In this document: positions 1 through 13,242 of the stretch, piece by piece
How the letters are laid out: each line of letters begins with the position of its first letter
Numbering within the stretch: position 1 is the stretch's first letter
Source of the DNA: Octopus sinensis
Lineage: Eukaryota
Direction of reading: 5' to 3'
DNA length: 64,000 bases
Assembly (NCBI RefSeq): GCF_006345805.1
Contig: NC_043014.1
Location: 34,162,001-34,226,000 of the forward strand
Translations under genes and position numbers: made by a program
Notes under the pieces: model-generated
Told to the model about the DNA's origin: nothing
Database searches by the model: none
What the model saw: the letters and a program-made list of their open reading frames with translations, nothing else

Positions 1-680
1 GTAGTAAAGAAATACGTATTTCGTTCCGCCGAGGTCGACTTTGCCTTTCATCCTTTCGGAGTCAATTAAATAAGTACCAGTTACGCACTGGGGTCGATAT
101 AATCGACTTGATCCGTTTGTCTGTCCTTGTTTGTCCTCTCTGTGTTTAGCCCCTTGTGGGTAGTAAGGAAATAGGTATTTCGTCTGCCGCTACGTTCTGA
201 GTTCAAATTCCGCCGAAGTCGACTTTACCTTTCATCATTTCAGGGTCGATAAATAAAGTACCAGTTACGCACTGGGGTCGATGTAATCGACTTAATCCCT
301 TTGTAGCACGCCGGGCGAAATGCGTAGCCGTATTTCGTCTGCCGTTACGTTCTGAGTTCAAATTCCGTCGAGGTCGACTTTGCCTTTCATCCTTTCGGTG
401 TCGATAAATTATGTACCAGTTACGCACTGGGGTCGATGTAATCGACTTAACCCGTTTGTCTGTCCTGGTTTGTCCCCTCTGTTTGTAGCCCCCTTGTCGG
501 TTGTAAAGAAATAGGTATTTCGTCCGTCCTTAAGTTCTGAGTTCAAACTCCACCGAAGTCAACTTTGCCTTTCATGCTTTCGGGGTCGATAAAATACGTA
601 TCAGTCGGGCACTGAGGTCGATATAATCGACTTACCCCCTCCCCTGAAACTGCAGGCCTTGTGCCAAAATTTGAAACCAT
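1..680 (+). mobile_element. Head-to-tail cluster of 4-5 partial tRNA-derived SINE copies (family A)
   Basis: Unit 'gtatttcgtctgccg..gttctgagttcaaattccgccgaggtcgactttgcctttcatcctttcggggtcgat..ccagttacgcactggggtcgat' recurs at ~17, ~175, ~330 and ~515; B-box-like GAGTTCAAATTCC. The same family recurs across the window. Confidence 0.8.
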
Positions 681-1032
681 ATTGATTCCTAAATTAGGAA
701 TAAGGCTATTAATTTTCTTGGTGTGAGAATAGTCGATTAAATCCACCCCAATATTTGGCTAGTAATTTGTTTTGTTGATTAGTGAAGGAGCATGACTAAG
801 TGTTTAAGGTATTCGTTTCACGAACATGAGTTGTACATGTAATTCAAACGACCAGCCTTGTCACACTCTGTGTGTCATGTTGAATCTTCCTGGGAACTAT
901 GTTAAGGGCACGTGTGTTTGTAGTGTGCTCAGCCACTTGCACGTCAATTTCACGAGCAGACTGTCCCGTTGATTTGGATCAACTGAAACCCTCGTTACAA
1001 GTAAAAGAGAAAATATCTAAAAAAAATTATAA

Positions 1033-1456
1033 GGCGGTGAGCTGGCAAAATAGTTAGCGCAACAGACTGATGCTTAGCGGCAATTTTGACTTTCATACTT
1101 CCGGGGGTCGACAAAATAAAGTACTAGCTAAGTACTGAGTCGATGTAGTCGATCTGCGACACCCCACTTTACCCCCCACAGGTTGCTAGTCACGCGCCAA
1201 AATTAGAAAGAATGTATTTCTTTTACTACCCACAAGGGTCTAAACACAGAAGGGACAAACAAGGACAGACAAACGGATTAAGTCGATTATATCGACCCCA
1301 GTGCGTAACTAGTACTTATTTAATCGACCCCAAAAGGATGAAAGGCAAAGTCGACCTCGGCGGAATTTGAACTCAGAACGTAGCGGCAGACGAAATACCA
1401 CTAAGCATTTCACGCGGCACGCTAAAGTTTAACTCGACGCGCCACTTCGCCGCCTT
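1033..1456. mobile_element. Two family-A SINEs in tail-to-tail orientation (+ 1033-1210, - 1223-1456)
   Basis: 'ggcggtgagctggcaaaa' head on +; reverse complement of the family-A body (aaaggcaaagtcgacctcggcggaatttgaactcag...cgccgcc) on -. Confidence 0.75.
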
Positions 1457-1992
1457 AAATTATAAAGAATGTAGCTATCTTGTCGAAAAACAAGGGACAT
1501 ATCTGTATCATTCATGCTGTTCTCAAAGGTATTGTGAACGGATCTAGTGTCGGTTTCGACAATGAACATTCCATCTTTTCGATCAGCTAAATTACTACTT
1601 CATTGAATTAAAAAGTAAGTGGCTGAGTATTCTAGAGAACCTTCTATCCCTAATATAATATTCGAGCAGGTTCAATGTGACACTTTCACGCGGCTGGCTC
1701 TTTGAATTTATAGCTATAATCCATCATGCATTTTAGAGCAAGCGGATGAGTTTTCCGTAACACGTGTACATGTAATGCTGTTCCCAGGCAAGCTCATACC
1801 TTGGCACAATGTGGGAAAAGGCTGGTTCTTTGAATTAAAGGGACAGACAATGCGGTATCATAATCCTATGTATGTGAGTACTCGACAAAAATACACTTGA
1901 CCCTTTAACATAAATGTCAGATAGGCTTAGCCTGACACTGTGTTACAAAGCTACTCCTTTGAATTTGAATTACAGTCCATCGAATATACTCT

Positions 1993-2505
1993 TTAAAAGG
2001 ATGAAATAAAAAGAAAAGAGAAAATGGAGGAAAAATGGGGGAGAAGCAGCATGGGCCACATATCCCAGAAAACTAGGGGCGCTCGGTCGCGCCCCGCGGT
2101 AATGACCATGATGGCGTTGCCACGGAAAATGGCCAGAAACATTGGCTGCAGGAACCACCCCATCTCATCGGGTTCATTTCTCCGACGGACCGTCGTTATT
2201 CCTATTTTGCGAAGGAAATTGACAGTACGGCGCCCTAGAACACTTGACATCTCGACGACAACCGGTAGAAAGTGATAGCGGCCGGCCAGGCTCCTGCACT
2301 TATTGATTTTTCTCTCCTCCGCGTTACGGGCGACGACACTGGGGCTTGCGACAGATACCGCGTGGTTGGAACCAGACAACGTGTCGCTGCACGTCGCGTC
2401 CCAGACTAGGGATCTGCCTCCTTCGAATGAGAAGAGGGTTATCCCGTCGAGGCGCTTATGGTCGGGACCTGCAGGCTCAAGTTGAGACGGGAAACCATCG
2501 TACAT
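1993..2505 (-). mobile_element. 3' fragment of a CRE-clade non-LTR retrotransposon (restriction-like endonuclease domain), degenerate
   Basis: KRLDGITL..GRSLVWDATCSDTL..AEERKINK..FLPVVVE..LAIFRGNA matches the RPDG..WD(V/A)T..K..KY..QRGNA pattern of CRE-type RLE C-termini; GC-rich island. Confidence 0.75.
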
Positions 2506-3261
2506 TATAGTTATTATAGTTCAAGTGGGTGAATATTCCGTAAAAACAAAAAAGCTGTATCTTTTATGTAATCCTCGGGTGGAATCATCCTGGCGCAGTG
2601 TGTAACAAGGCTGAACCCTCCAATTACAGAGACAGTCATCTAGGGGACTTCTACCCAGTTTTCGACAACCCGATTTCACACACACGGCTTGGGTGACTCC
2701 TAAGCCGTGGTAGAAAACACTTGTCTAAAATGCAGCACAGTAGGATTGAACCCAAAACCTCACGATTGAGTTGACAATTTCTCGGCCATTTAGTCATACG
2801 TTCATTTGCAAAAGTAACTGTGTATCACCCAGACTGTCAGATAATTCCCATCCAGTTGGCCATTATTCATTGTAGAGTTAGAAGCAAACTGCCAGCACAA
2901 CACTTCTTTTGGTCCTCAGCCGAAGTCATTTCATATTTCTTACAATCTGGGTGAAGGGATTAGTGAAAAAAATTTAAGAATTGAAATTATGGTGATGTTT
3001 CTTCAGCTGGGGAGATTATTTTGTACTCTACAATTTTCTAACTTCAATTCAGTCATAAATTCCTATTTTCGGTGCGTTATAGTCGACTGAGTCAACAGCA
3101 GGGTTACCAGATCAATTTCATAAAATGTAGGACAAATTTTTCAATAAATAGCTTATTATAAATGCAAAATGAAAATTTAGCTTGTAAATTAATAATATAT
3201 TAATGTATGCGAGCGCGTGTGTTTGTATGTGTGTGTCTGTGTGTGTGCGTGTGTGGCTTTC

Positions 3262-3530
3262 TTAGTGCTACTGGTAATATGTAACTTAGTACATGTGACA
3301 ACTTAATACAATCGACAATCTGTTGCATAGTCGGGCCATCAGCAACTAAACCTGCAACACTACCAACCCTGCTGGACAAGGAGTGGTTTTTATTGGATAC
3401 TCAGTAGGACAAAAGCAAAACCTGTCAAAGGGCAGATGAACTCAGTAGAGTCAACGACCATCCAACAGCTTGGAAAGATCCCTAGTCTTTGTTTAGGCAT
3501 CTAAAGGAAAATTCTAATACAATACCTGCA
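3262..3530 (+). repeat. Diverged copy of an RTE-5'UTR-like interspersed repeat (other copies 20880-21235, 29567-29740)
   Basis: Shared 'ctactggtaa(c/t)atgtaac..agtaca' and 'aa(a/g)acct(g/a)tcaaagg' blocks in all three copies. Confidence 0.6.
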
Positions 3531-3905
3531 GCTAGGTATGTGTAGTTTAGAGAGTGAGATTGGCCCTGTGCAAGGGTTTTCCTCACTAAAAAAACTTCAG
3601 ATACAGGGTTTGCTTAACTGTTAATATCTCTATTGTGTGTTGCTCACTGATTGGCCGTAGCCAGAAATAGCAAAAAAAGACAAAAAAACAATGAAAAATT
3701 CCATGATGGAATGAAAGCATGTGTCGGCGTGGGTGGTAAACTCTATAGACACATGCTGCTAGCGGCGTCTATCGTTACCTTAGATACGGAAGAGGGTGTA
3801 GGTCCCTAGTTGAACTGAAATACCATATCGGTGTTGCTCCTGTTTAAAAGAATAATCAAGCGATGACATTACTCGAAATGGAATTGCAGCCGTCGTGTAT
3901 ATATA

Positions 3906-4240
3906 GGTGCGCGTGGCTCAGTGGTTAGAGCGTCGAGCTTACGATCGGGAGGTTGTGAGCTCGAATCCCGGACCGGGCTGCGTGTTGTGTTCTTGAGCAA
4001 GACACTTTATTTCACGTTGCTCCAGTTCACTCAGCTGTAGAAATGAGTTGCGACGTCACAGGTGCCAAGCTGTATCGGCCCTTGCCTTTCCCTTGGACAA
4101 CATCGGTGACGTGGAGAGGAGAGGCCGGTATGCATGGGCGACTGCTGGTCTTCCATAAAACAACCTTGCCCAGACTTGTGCCTCAGAGGGTAACTCTCTA
4201 GGTGCAAACCCATGGTCAGTGTCTGACCGAAGGGGGTCAT
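3906..4240 (+). mobile_element. tRNA-derived SINE (family D); reverse copy at ~35380-35712
   Basis: A-box TGGCTCAGTGG and B-box-like GCTCGAATCC, then 'ttgagcaagacactttatttcac' and a tail matching the minus copy at 35.4-35.7 kb. Confidence 0.75.
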
Positions 4241-4850
4241 TTATATATGTTTATAGCTGAATGTGTGTGTGTGTGTGGCAGGGGGTGTTTCTAGGAGGTT
4301 GAGCGACTCAGTTGTCGTATTGCAACATCTCCATGTGTTTTATTGGCTTAATAGTACTGAGTTCAATTCTAGAAATTGCCGGTAATAGGCCAGTGTTACG
4401 TATACGCGAAAACAGATGTTTTATCAGTTTTGTAACATAGATACTACCGATAACACCTGACCCAAATAGATTAGAGATATCCACGAAAAGCAAAGCAAAA
4501 GGAAAAAACAATACAGCAAGAAGCATGACAAATTAATCTTATCATTCCCAAAACAGGAAGGATGGAAATAAAGTGAGGGTCTAGCAACCGAATTCCACCC
4601 AGAAGGATTTAATCGACTCGAAGCTATGGTAGAAGGCCAGTTGCTGAAGGTACCCGGCAGCAAGTTTGAACACGGAACCACAAAGTTGCAAAGCGAACTT
4701 CTTAATCGCCCAGCCATGCCTGCACTCAGTCAAATACTGAGGTTAGGGTCGCATGAGTGTTTGATTTGGTTTCTTGCTTGTCAAGAGTTTTGTTTTGTTT
4801 TCGGAGTGGGGAGGTTATATTTTAGCTACTTGGTATTTTAAAAATTAAAA

Positions 4851-5660
4851 GGCGGCGAGCTGGCAGAAACGTTAACACATCAGACGAAATGCGTAGCGGT
4901 ATTTCGTCTGCCGTTACGTTCTGAGTTCAAATTACGCCGAGGTCGACTTTGCCTTTCATCCTTTCGGGGTCGATTAAATAAGTACCAGTTACGCACTGGG
5001 GTCGATGTAATCGACTTAATCCGTGTGTCTGTCCTTGTTTGTCTCCTCTGTGTTTAGCCCCTTGTGGGTAGTAAAGAAATAGGTAACAATTTTATTGAAT
5101 ACTAGCGGGACCCTTGGAATTTCCACGAACCGATTAATAGAATGTTAAGTAAATAAGGCGGCGAGCTGGCAGAATTATTAGCACGCCGGGCGAAATTCTT
5201 AGCGGTATTTCGTCTGCCGTTAAGTTCTGGGTTCAAATTCCGCTGATGTCGACTTTGCCTTTCATCCTTTCGGGGTCGATAAATTAAGTACCAGTCACGC
5301 ACTGGGGTCGATGTAATCGACTCAATCCCTTTGTCTGTCCTTGTTTGCCCCCTCTATGTTTAGCCTTATTGAAGTTCAAGCTGGAAAGATTCTGAGAGTT
5401 TCTTGTAGGCTGCATGTCCATGTATATATATATATTATATATGCGTGTGTGTGTTTGTGTGTCTGTGTTTGTCCCCTAGCATTGCTTGACAACCGATGCT
5501 GGTGTGTTTATGTCCCCGTTACTTAGCGGTTGCGTCAAAAGTGACCGATAGAATAAGTACTAGGCTTACAAAGAATAAGTCCTGGGTTCGATTTGCTCGA
5601 CTAAAGGCGGTGCTCCAGCATGGCCACAGTCAAATGACTGAAACAAGTAAAAGAGTAAAA
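4851..5660 (+). mobile_element. SINE cluster: family A (4851-5085, 5157-5365) plus the 3' part of family B (5440-5660)
   Basis: 'ggcggcgagctggcagaa' heads; family-B tail 'ggcggtgctccagcatggccacagtcaaatgactgaaacaagtaaaagag'. Confidence 0.8.
5102..5132 (-). mobile_element. Helitron 3' terminus (subterminal hairpin + CTAG|T)
   Basis: Minus strand reads ...cgtggaaattccaagggtcccgCTAG|t: a short palindrome ~10 nt before CTAG, followed by T. It lies on the same strand as, and downstream of, the helicase remnant. Confidence 0.65.
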
Positions 5661-6078
5661 TAATAAACTTTTTCTACTTATATGTATATATAAAAATAAC
5701 ACATTGAAGAAAGGAGTAATTGAAATCTTTACATATATAATAGAATGAGATACTTAGGCAACAAATACTAAAACTGCGTATATTTATTTATACAGTTCTA
5801 TTTACAAATATATAAAGTTTAGCTATTAATTCTATCCTCTTTTAACATACAATACTCATAGGCTGGGAAAATAAACAACACATAGAGATACTTGGGAGTG
5901 TCCACCATGTGTGCAAAGATTGCCAGTGCCAATCAGTCCATGGTACTCCCCACCTCCCAACATAGAGCCATGCCAGTTTCTTCCGATATGAATACAGAAA
6001 ACAATAGACCTATATATGTACAAAACTATATAATATATGCCACATATAGTTTCCTCTTTTGAAAGATATTCATTTAAT

Positions 6079-6157
<79 letters not shown>

Positions 6158-6202
6158 TAAATATATATATATAAATATATATACATACATATATATTATA
6201 TA

Positions 6203-6354
6203 TATTAACAAGTCACAAGGGCAGACATTTGAGAAGGTGGGGTTGTTCTTACCCCAGCCAGTGTTCACTCACGGGTAGTTGTATGTGGCATCTCTCTAGA
6301 GCTCGCAAACCCCTCAGATGTAAGGTTAAGGTGATAGAGACAGACAGACAGACA
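6203..6354 (+). repeat. Inverted duplicate of 6604-6754 (Helitron helicase C-terminus) embedded in microsatellite
   Basis: 6203-6354 is the reverse complement of 6604-6754 with ~3 differences; flanked by (TA)n/(GATA)n tracts. Confidence 0.9.
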
Positions 6355-6379
6355 GACAGAAGAGACAGACAGACAGATT

Positions 6380-6479
<100 letters not shown>

Positions 6480-6539
6480 AACCAAGGACACATACCTAAT
6501 GCAATCAAAGGTCTCCAGAATTTCTGAAAACACTCCACT

Positions 6540-8665
6540 CCTTCAAGTCAGTACCTCTCTGCAGACAACGTTCTTAGTAACAGTTCGCCCTCTTCTCCTT
6601 CCTTGTCTGTCTGTCTGTCTCTACCACCTTAACCCTTACATCTGAGGGTTTGCGAGCTCTAGAGAATGCCACATACAACTACCCGTGAGTGAACACTGGC
6701 TGGGGTAAGAACAACCCCACCTTCTCAAATGTCTGCCCTTGTGACTTGTTAATAGTAATGGCATATGACAAACGGACAAGAAACTGGGTTCTCTCGAGGA
6801 TGAATGGCATTTTAGGGTCACTTGGAGCCAGCTTTATTCTGGGGATGAGGACATGTTTGCCAATTAGTGAGCCGCTAATCCAGGAAGCCTCGATTGGTAC
6901 TCTTGTACCATTGCAGAGTCCATTCTGGATAGAAATGTTACGAAGAAACATTACTATTGAACCGGGTTTTAAACTCAATTTATGAGGGGGGCATTCCTGA
7001 GGGTGTCAAAGGTTTTAGAAATTCAAGTGGTTAGCGCTCAGCCTCAGTAGAATCATCTGTCAAAACTTTATCTGTACTATAATAGGTGCGGCAGTCACCG
7101 GGACGATGTCTCAAAACTTCTTCACTGAACAAGAGGCAGTCTGAGTTCTTTGGCGAAAGAATTACTCTGCTTCTTCTCTCTTCTTCAGATGTATTGTTGA
7201 AGATATCATCTACCAGAGAGCCATCAACGCATGAAATTTGAGCCACTTCTATGTCATCAATAGCAAGATTGGGATCTTATGGAATTGCATATGTTCCATT
7301 GCCAAGATGCAAGAACCATGCTGCAAATTCCCTTTGATATGCTTGTTGTCCTGATGTTTTGGCTTAATCTGTATTGGATGAAATTCAGCTATAGAGGAGA
7401 ATTTTTAATACAGATTTAAATAATTGTCTCACGAGTTCCCTTTGGCAATATGGGTAAGACTTGTCTAAAGTCTCCCCACAAGAGCACAACTTTACCACCA
7501 AAAACAGCAGCAATGCCAGTGATATCTCGCAAAGCTTTATCATTAGCAAATGAAGGAATCATAGAAGCCTCATTCAAGATGATCAAATCTAGGTTTTGGA
7601 AATGATTTGCATGGTCTGAAGTGGCTGGTACATTACAAACGCTGGCCTTCATAATGGGACAGGCAACTTGAACAAACTATGGATAGTCTTTCCACCTGAC
7701 AGTAGTGGAGTGGAAATGCCTGTCCAAGCATCACTGCACACGTTGCAGCTGTTCCTTCGCAGATAAGTATTTATGGTATTAAATATATAAGTTTTACCAC
7801 AACCTCCTTCTGCATCTACATAGAAACAGGAGTGGTTGGGCACTTCACCTCTCCTCTTCTTATCTACAGATTCAAACACGGCATTAGCAATCAGTCCCTG
7901 TTCATCAGTAAGTGTTGCAATGTCTGCGCGATCAATGTCTTCATGATGGTCAAGCTGCGGTACTCCAATAGGTTCAGGCAACCCAACTGCTAAACAATTA
8001 ATACCATTCTCTATCAAAATTGCATCAGTTGAGTGCAGTGCCATGTTTCCTGCGTGTTCTGCATTAAAACCTTGGTGCAAGAAATCTCCAATCCTGGATT
8101 CCTTGTGAGTGATCCACACGTGAAGAGCATTTGCAGGGTTCATATACGTGCACAGAGCAACAAAAAACATAACATGTAACTGTAAGGGTATCCGACAGGC
8201 AGCAGCTTCTAGCAATGCAAGTTCCAATGTGCCATTATTTGAGAGACCATATCTCAGGCTTGCTGCCTTAAATGTTGACAAGATTTCTCCTACAGTGCGC
8301 AAATACTGGAAGCTCACGGCGCCTGAAACATGCAGCAGTAACATTCACAAGTGAAATTGTTCTGTGTCTCTAGGACTCACTGTAATCATTCTACAGATAT
8401 TAGTATTCCTTTGCCTTGGTGTCCATGTTCTAGTGTGCCCATTAAACACATAATGGAGCGGAATCATCATCATGCTCATTCGGTTTGAACCATGCAGTGA
8501 GGGTAGTGTCACGGTCCTTCTGTGCCTGAGCAGCCTGCTGAGCGCTGCCTCTGTGAAAGTAAACTCTTTGCTGGTCTCCAAGATGAACTGCAAGTCTGTA
8601 GACAGTGTGAGATGTGTCGTGTAGCTTGAACTCTGACAGAAGATCAAATCATACCACGGCTTCAC
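6540..8665 (-). pseudogene. Helitron Rep/Hel PIF1-family helicase remnant, frameshifted
   Basis: Consecutive ORF pieces carry motif I DAEGGCGKTY, GGKTIHSLFKLP, FGGKVVLLWGDFRQVLP, NGLCNGTR and YAITINKSQGQTFEKVG..PVFTHG; multiple stops and frameshifts. Confidence 0.92.
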
Positions 8666-9059
8666 GCTGATTGGTTGCTTAATATTCCGATCACGTGAAA
8701 CTATTGTGGTTCAGTCGTGGTGTCTTTTCAGCTACCTCACGGTTAGGTTTCGAATCACCGCTTCACATCAAATTCAGTGAGGACGTCGTGAAAAAAGCTA
8801 ATGAATAGCGCTCAATTACGCGTTAAATTCATTGACTGGCGACAGCAAAAACACTGACGAATCGAAAGTTGTTGATTGCTAATCGGTCGAGCTTTGGTTA
8901 AGCTAAATCATTTAATAAAAAGAAAGGAAGACAGTGTAAAAGACAAGCGAACGACAGATGGGCAAGTAGTCATTATCAGAGAGTAACAGACAACTAACAG
9001 ACAGGTGAGAACGCAGGCGCTCCACTATTCACTATCAGCTGGTATAGACGGCCTGATTC

Positions 9060-9517
9060 ACCAGATATGAAGGGCCTACAACACGAAGTGGCCGAGCACA
9101 GGACTTTGGCATCACTTTGTCTCCAACAATTCGGTGCGACACCAATGCAAAATCACCTCCCTCCGACAAGTCATCCTAACGAGATGTCTGTGTTGGCTGG
9201 GCCATGCCCTCCGTCATCAACCAGGAGAATTCATCTACAAAGCAATTGCCCCAGCTCCCCTTCAGGGTCGGCGAAAGCGATGTGGTGGACAACGAAAAAC
9301 CTGGCTGATAACAGTCAAGGCTGATCTGGAACCCAACCTAGGCCCCCATGTCTACGGCGTTCGCCGCTGGAATAAGGAGTGGTTGGAGATCACGAGGTCG
9401 TTAGCCTCAAATCGCCAGGCCTGGTCGGCGTTTGTGAGAGATGCAGCATTGAGGATGAATGAAGGCAGCTCAACCTACCCAAATGAATGCTGTCTCAAGA
9501 CAAGACAAGAAGAAGCA
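9060..9517 (+). mobile_element. 3' end of an RTE-type LINE (post-RT region and tail)
   Basis: RCLCWLGHALR..GGQRKTW..LASNRQAW pattern typical of RTE C-termini; ends in a short (CAAGA)n tail. Confidence 0.75.
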
Positions 9518-9601
9518 CAGGACTATATTATGACAGCTGATATGTGTATTCACTCGCTCGTCTCTTTCTCTCTCTCTCTCTTCCCCCTCTCTCTCTCTCT
9601 C

Positions 9602-9641
<40 letters not shown>

Positions 9642-10091
9642 CCATACAACCACAGGAACTGTCCAACCAAGTCACTACGATAAACAGAACTTTCTGTTAT
9701 AATTCTTTTATTATTATTATTGTATTTTGCCAATTAAACACACGCACTATTTATTTGACCTTCGCTTTAGTTTTATTACTATTATATTTTATTTTATTTC
9801 ATTTTATTTATCTGCCAAAGTTGTTTCGTCACATATCTGTGACCTCTTCCGCGATTCTCTGTCCCATGTGTCTCCTCTTTTGCCTATTCCATTTTGTCCT
9901 TCTATTATTGTTTCTCTTTCTTACTTTGGACTGCTGCGTCTAATACCAACCCTGTACAAGAAACAAAAGACGAACGGAAAACAAACGACTACTCTTCATC
10001 CTGTTCATTGTCTATATTATATAAATGTAAATAAAATATAAATGCATTTTAATACACTTAAACTAACGTTTCACGTTTGTAAATTTTGCAG

Positions 10092-10352
10092 GCGCCTCAT
10101 GTATGCACCAGAGACATTCAAGTTCCGGGAGAAGATCTACAAAAGCAACCCACTTTTCTTAATTGTTCAAAAAATTATTGAAATACTCGGAGGAAAATCC
10201 TACGAAAAACTTCTCAAAGAGCATATCCTGGAACCGCTAGGTATGACTGGTACTACTTTTCTGCACACACTCCATTCAGGGCGACGAAATTTGGCAATGC
10301 CTACTATGAATAAGAAAGGAGAACGTTATACGGTTCCGGTTGAAGCAATGAG
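10092..10352 (+). CDS. Serine beta-lactamase-like (gigasin-6-like) protein, first coding exon seen in window
   Basis: ttttgcAG acceptor, AG|GTAGGA donor; RLMYAPETFKFREKIYKSNPLF..IIEILGGKSYEKLLKEHILEPLGMTGT matches the (Y)xN..E..G...I..PLGM signature of the Beta-lactamase family. Confidence 0.85.
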
Positions 10353-10489
10353 GTAGGATGTCTGTATTTTTGTGTTGCCCCATTGCTTTTTGTAGGGGTT
10401 GGGTTTCACTGGTTAATACCTTATTAGCAGGAAGCAAGAAATTTATTAGGGGAAAGGTAGAGTCGATTGATGTAGCAATTACTGATACA

Positions 10490-10900
10490 GGTGCGGGCGT
10501 GGTTATGAGGTAAGAAATATGCTTCCCAACCACCTAGTTCCGGGTTCACTTCCGCTATATCGCACATTAGGCAAGTATCTTCTGTTCTGTTATAGCTTCG
10601 GACCGACCAAAGCCTTGTTAGTGGATTTGGTAGACAGAAACTGAAAGAAGCTTATCGTGTGTGTGTCTGTGTGTCTGTGCGCGCGCGCTGAGTGTTTTTG
10701 TCCTCTACCGCCGCTTGACAACCGGTGTTGGCTTGTTTACGTTTCCGTAACTTACTGACTGGTTCGGCAAAAGAGAGACTGATAGAATAAGTACCAGACT
10801 TAAAAAATGATAAGCACTTGGTTCGATTTGTTCGACTAACCCCAACAAGTCTGTGCCCCAGCATGGCCACAGTCCAATGACTGAAGCAAGTAAAAGATTT
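10490..10900 (+). mobile_element. Family-B tRNA-derived SINE (intronic)
   Basis: 'aaccacctagttccgggttca' head, internal (GT)n and 'cagcatggccacagtccaatgactgaa' tail. Confidence 0.75.
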
Positions 10901-11200
10901 AAAAAAAAACAAAAAGAGAAAACGCCACCAAAACAAATGGCATTGCCAACTAAGGTGAGCTATAAAGACATGCTCTACCACGCCATCGACATGTCATCTC
11001 CCCCTACCATACTACCATCGACTAACCCCATCAAGTCTGTGCCCCAGCATGGCCGCAGTCCAATGACTGAAGCAAGTAAAAGATAGTAAAACAAAAAGAG
11101 AAAACGCTACCAAAATAAAAAGGCATTGCCAACTAAGGTGAGATATGAAGACACGCTCTGCCACCCCACCGCCATGTCATCTCCTCCCACCATACTACCA
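10833..11200 (+). repeat. ~186-bp tandem duplication (SINE tail + unique flank)
   Basis: 'actaacccca.caagtctgtgccccagcatggcc..ccatactacca' occurs at 10833-11018 and 11019-11200. Confidence 0.8.
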
Positions 11201-11787
11201 CTCACTCTATCTCCCTGTCTCTTTCTCTCTATCAATCTATCTATCTATCTATCTATCCCTTACCTCCCCTTCCCCCTTCTCACCCTAGTACCCTGTCACC
11301 ACATCACCCTGTCATCCCACCCCCGACCCCCATTAGTTCTCTTCTGAAATATTAGACACCAACGAGGTTGTCAGTTTTACAAGTACAGGAAACGAATCGT
11401 TTCATAGATGGAAGCAGAATGGGAAGAAGAGATGCGTGTGTTTATATGATGATGACGGGGTAGGGGAGGGGGGATGTTGATGAAATAGGGGGGATGGGGA
11501 TGAAATGTGCGCGCGCGTATACGTGTGTATGTGAGTCGACATATGTGCATATATACACACATGCATATACGTACGTATTACATACATAAATTCACACACA
11601 CACACACATACATACACACACGTGTGTATGTGTGTGCCTGTTGGTATAATGCACGTTGATGAATGATATCTGAGCGTGTGTGTGTGTGTGTGTGTATATG
11701 AGCGTGTGTGTGAGTGTATGTGTGTGTGTGTGTGTTTATGTATGTGTGTGTGTGTTTGTGTATGTATGTGTGTGTGTGTTTGTGTGT

Positions 11788-11835
<48 letters not shown>

Positions 11836-12440
11836 TGTGTGCGTGTGTGTGTGTTTGCACGCGCGCATGTTGCGTTTCATGGTATAAGATTATGCTGAAA
11901 TAATGTATAGTGTGTGGTGCTAAAGTGCGTATGTGATGGGGGTTGTGAATGTATGTACGTGTATGTGTATTGGTAATGTGCGTATGCGTGATGGGTGTGT
12001 GTGTGTGTGTGTGTGTGTGTTGGCGTGTTGGGATAGAGATTAATGTCTTTTAGGTGGAGCCTTTCCTCATAGAAGAAAAGGGAAAGAATATTGTTTGAAA
12101 ATTGTTTATTTAACCTAATAGAGTGTGCACTGTGGTGCTGGGAAATACCTTGTCAGTGGGATTTGGTAAATGAAAACTTTGCGGAAGCGTGGCGTGTTGT
12201 ATTTTTGTTATTTTTTACTTGCCCTGTCCGTGTGAGCTAACAGTCGTACTGGCTTTCATGGGAAACATGTATCTTCGTGGTTGAAACCTTTTGGATTAAC
12301 TGGTGCTAGAGTGAGCAATATATTGACCACTCTCTTATATTTATTTTATATATATATATATAATATATATATATATAATATATATATATATATATTATAT
12401 ATATACATATAGATATATATATATAGATATATATATATAT

Positions 12441-12484
<44 letters not shown>

Positions 12485-12506
12485 TATAGATAGATAGATA
12501 TATATA

Positions 12507-12550
<44 letters not shown>

Positions 12551-12634
12551 GTGCAGGAGTGGCTGTGTGGTAACTAGCTTGCTTACCAACCACATGGTTC
12601 CGGGTTCATTCCCACTGCAAAAATTGTATTCACC

Positions 12635-12840
12635 TCAATAGACGTCATTGATTGGTTGAAATTGCCGAAATGCAAGAAATTTAACAACAAATAGCTTACA
12701 AACTACAAAATTTTCCCAAGAAAGCCAAGAGAAAAAGATGTTTTATTTGACACATTCTACCAATATACGAAGTTTAAAAAGTGTTTAGTTACAAAGAAAT
12801 TATTTTTAAAATCTGCCGGTCAAAATGAAAAGATCCGTAA
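12635..12840. repeat. Unclassified interspersed repeat, probably a DNA-transposon end; second copy at ~28268-28468
   Basis: Shared 'acgtcattgattggttgaaatt.ccgaaat...gtcaaaa.g.aa.gatccg'. Confidence 0.6.
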
Positions 12841-13242
12841 AATAAATGATAACAACAATAACATAAGTGGCCAGCAAGCAAAGACCGATAAATGGCAAAT
12901 CCAAAATCTTATAATTAATTTATAATAGGACGCACGAGATGCCAGCATTACTATAAAAATTAAATACTCTAAACACCACCAATCACTGGAAATACAACAA
13001 GAACAACAGAAATCGGGCGACGAGTAAAGAAATTAACTTACCATCTCGGCAGAAAGCCGCAAAATGAGGAATAGATAGCTCTAGATCGATTGATTTAGAA
13101 TTTTAAGAGATAAAACCACTATTATGCAACTCAAACAGTGATAGATATAAACCAAAACATAAATAACAAATAATATATATTTTTATAAAACTAGATCTCA
13201 AAAAGTATAGAAATAAATTATCAATATATAATAAGTAAAAAG

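Noticed and set aside
3906-3980. tRNA gene (also heads at 16262, 38290, 56617)
   Set aside because: A/B boxes run directly into SINE bodies; no clean acceptor stem or terminator.
4308-4841. Overlapping short ORFs as the missing upstream beta-lactamase exon
   Set aside because: No SxxK-region similarity or convincing splice sites were seen.
6679-8344. Host PIF1 helicase gene
   Set aside because: Intronless, with many stops and frameshifts, Helitron-type upstream motifs and a Helitron terminus nearby.
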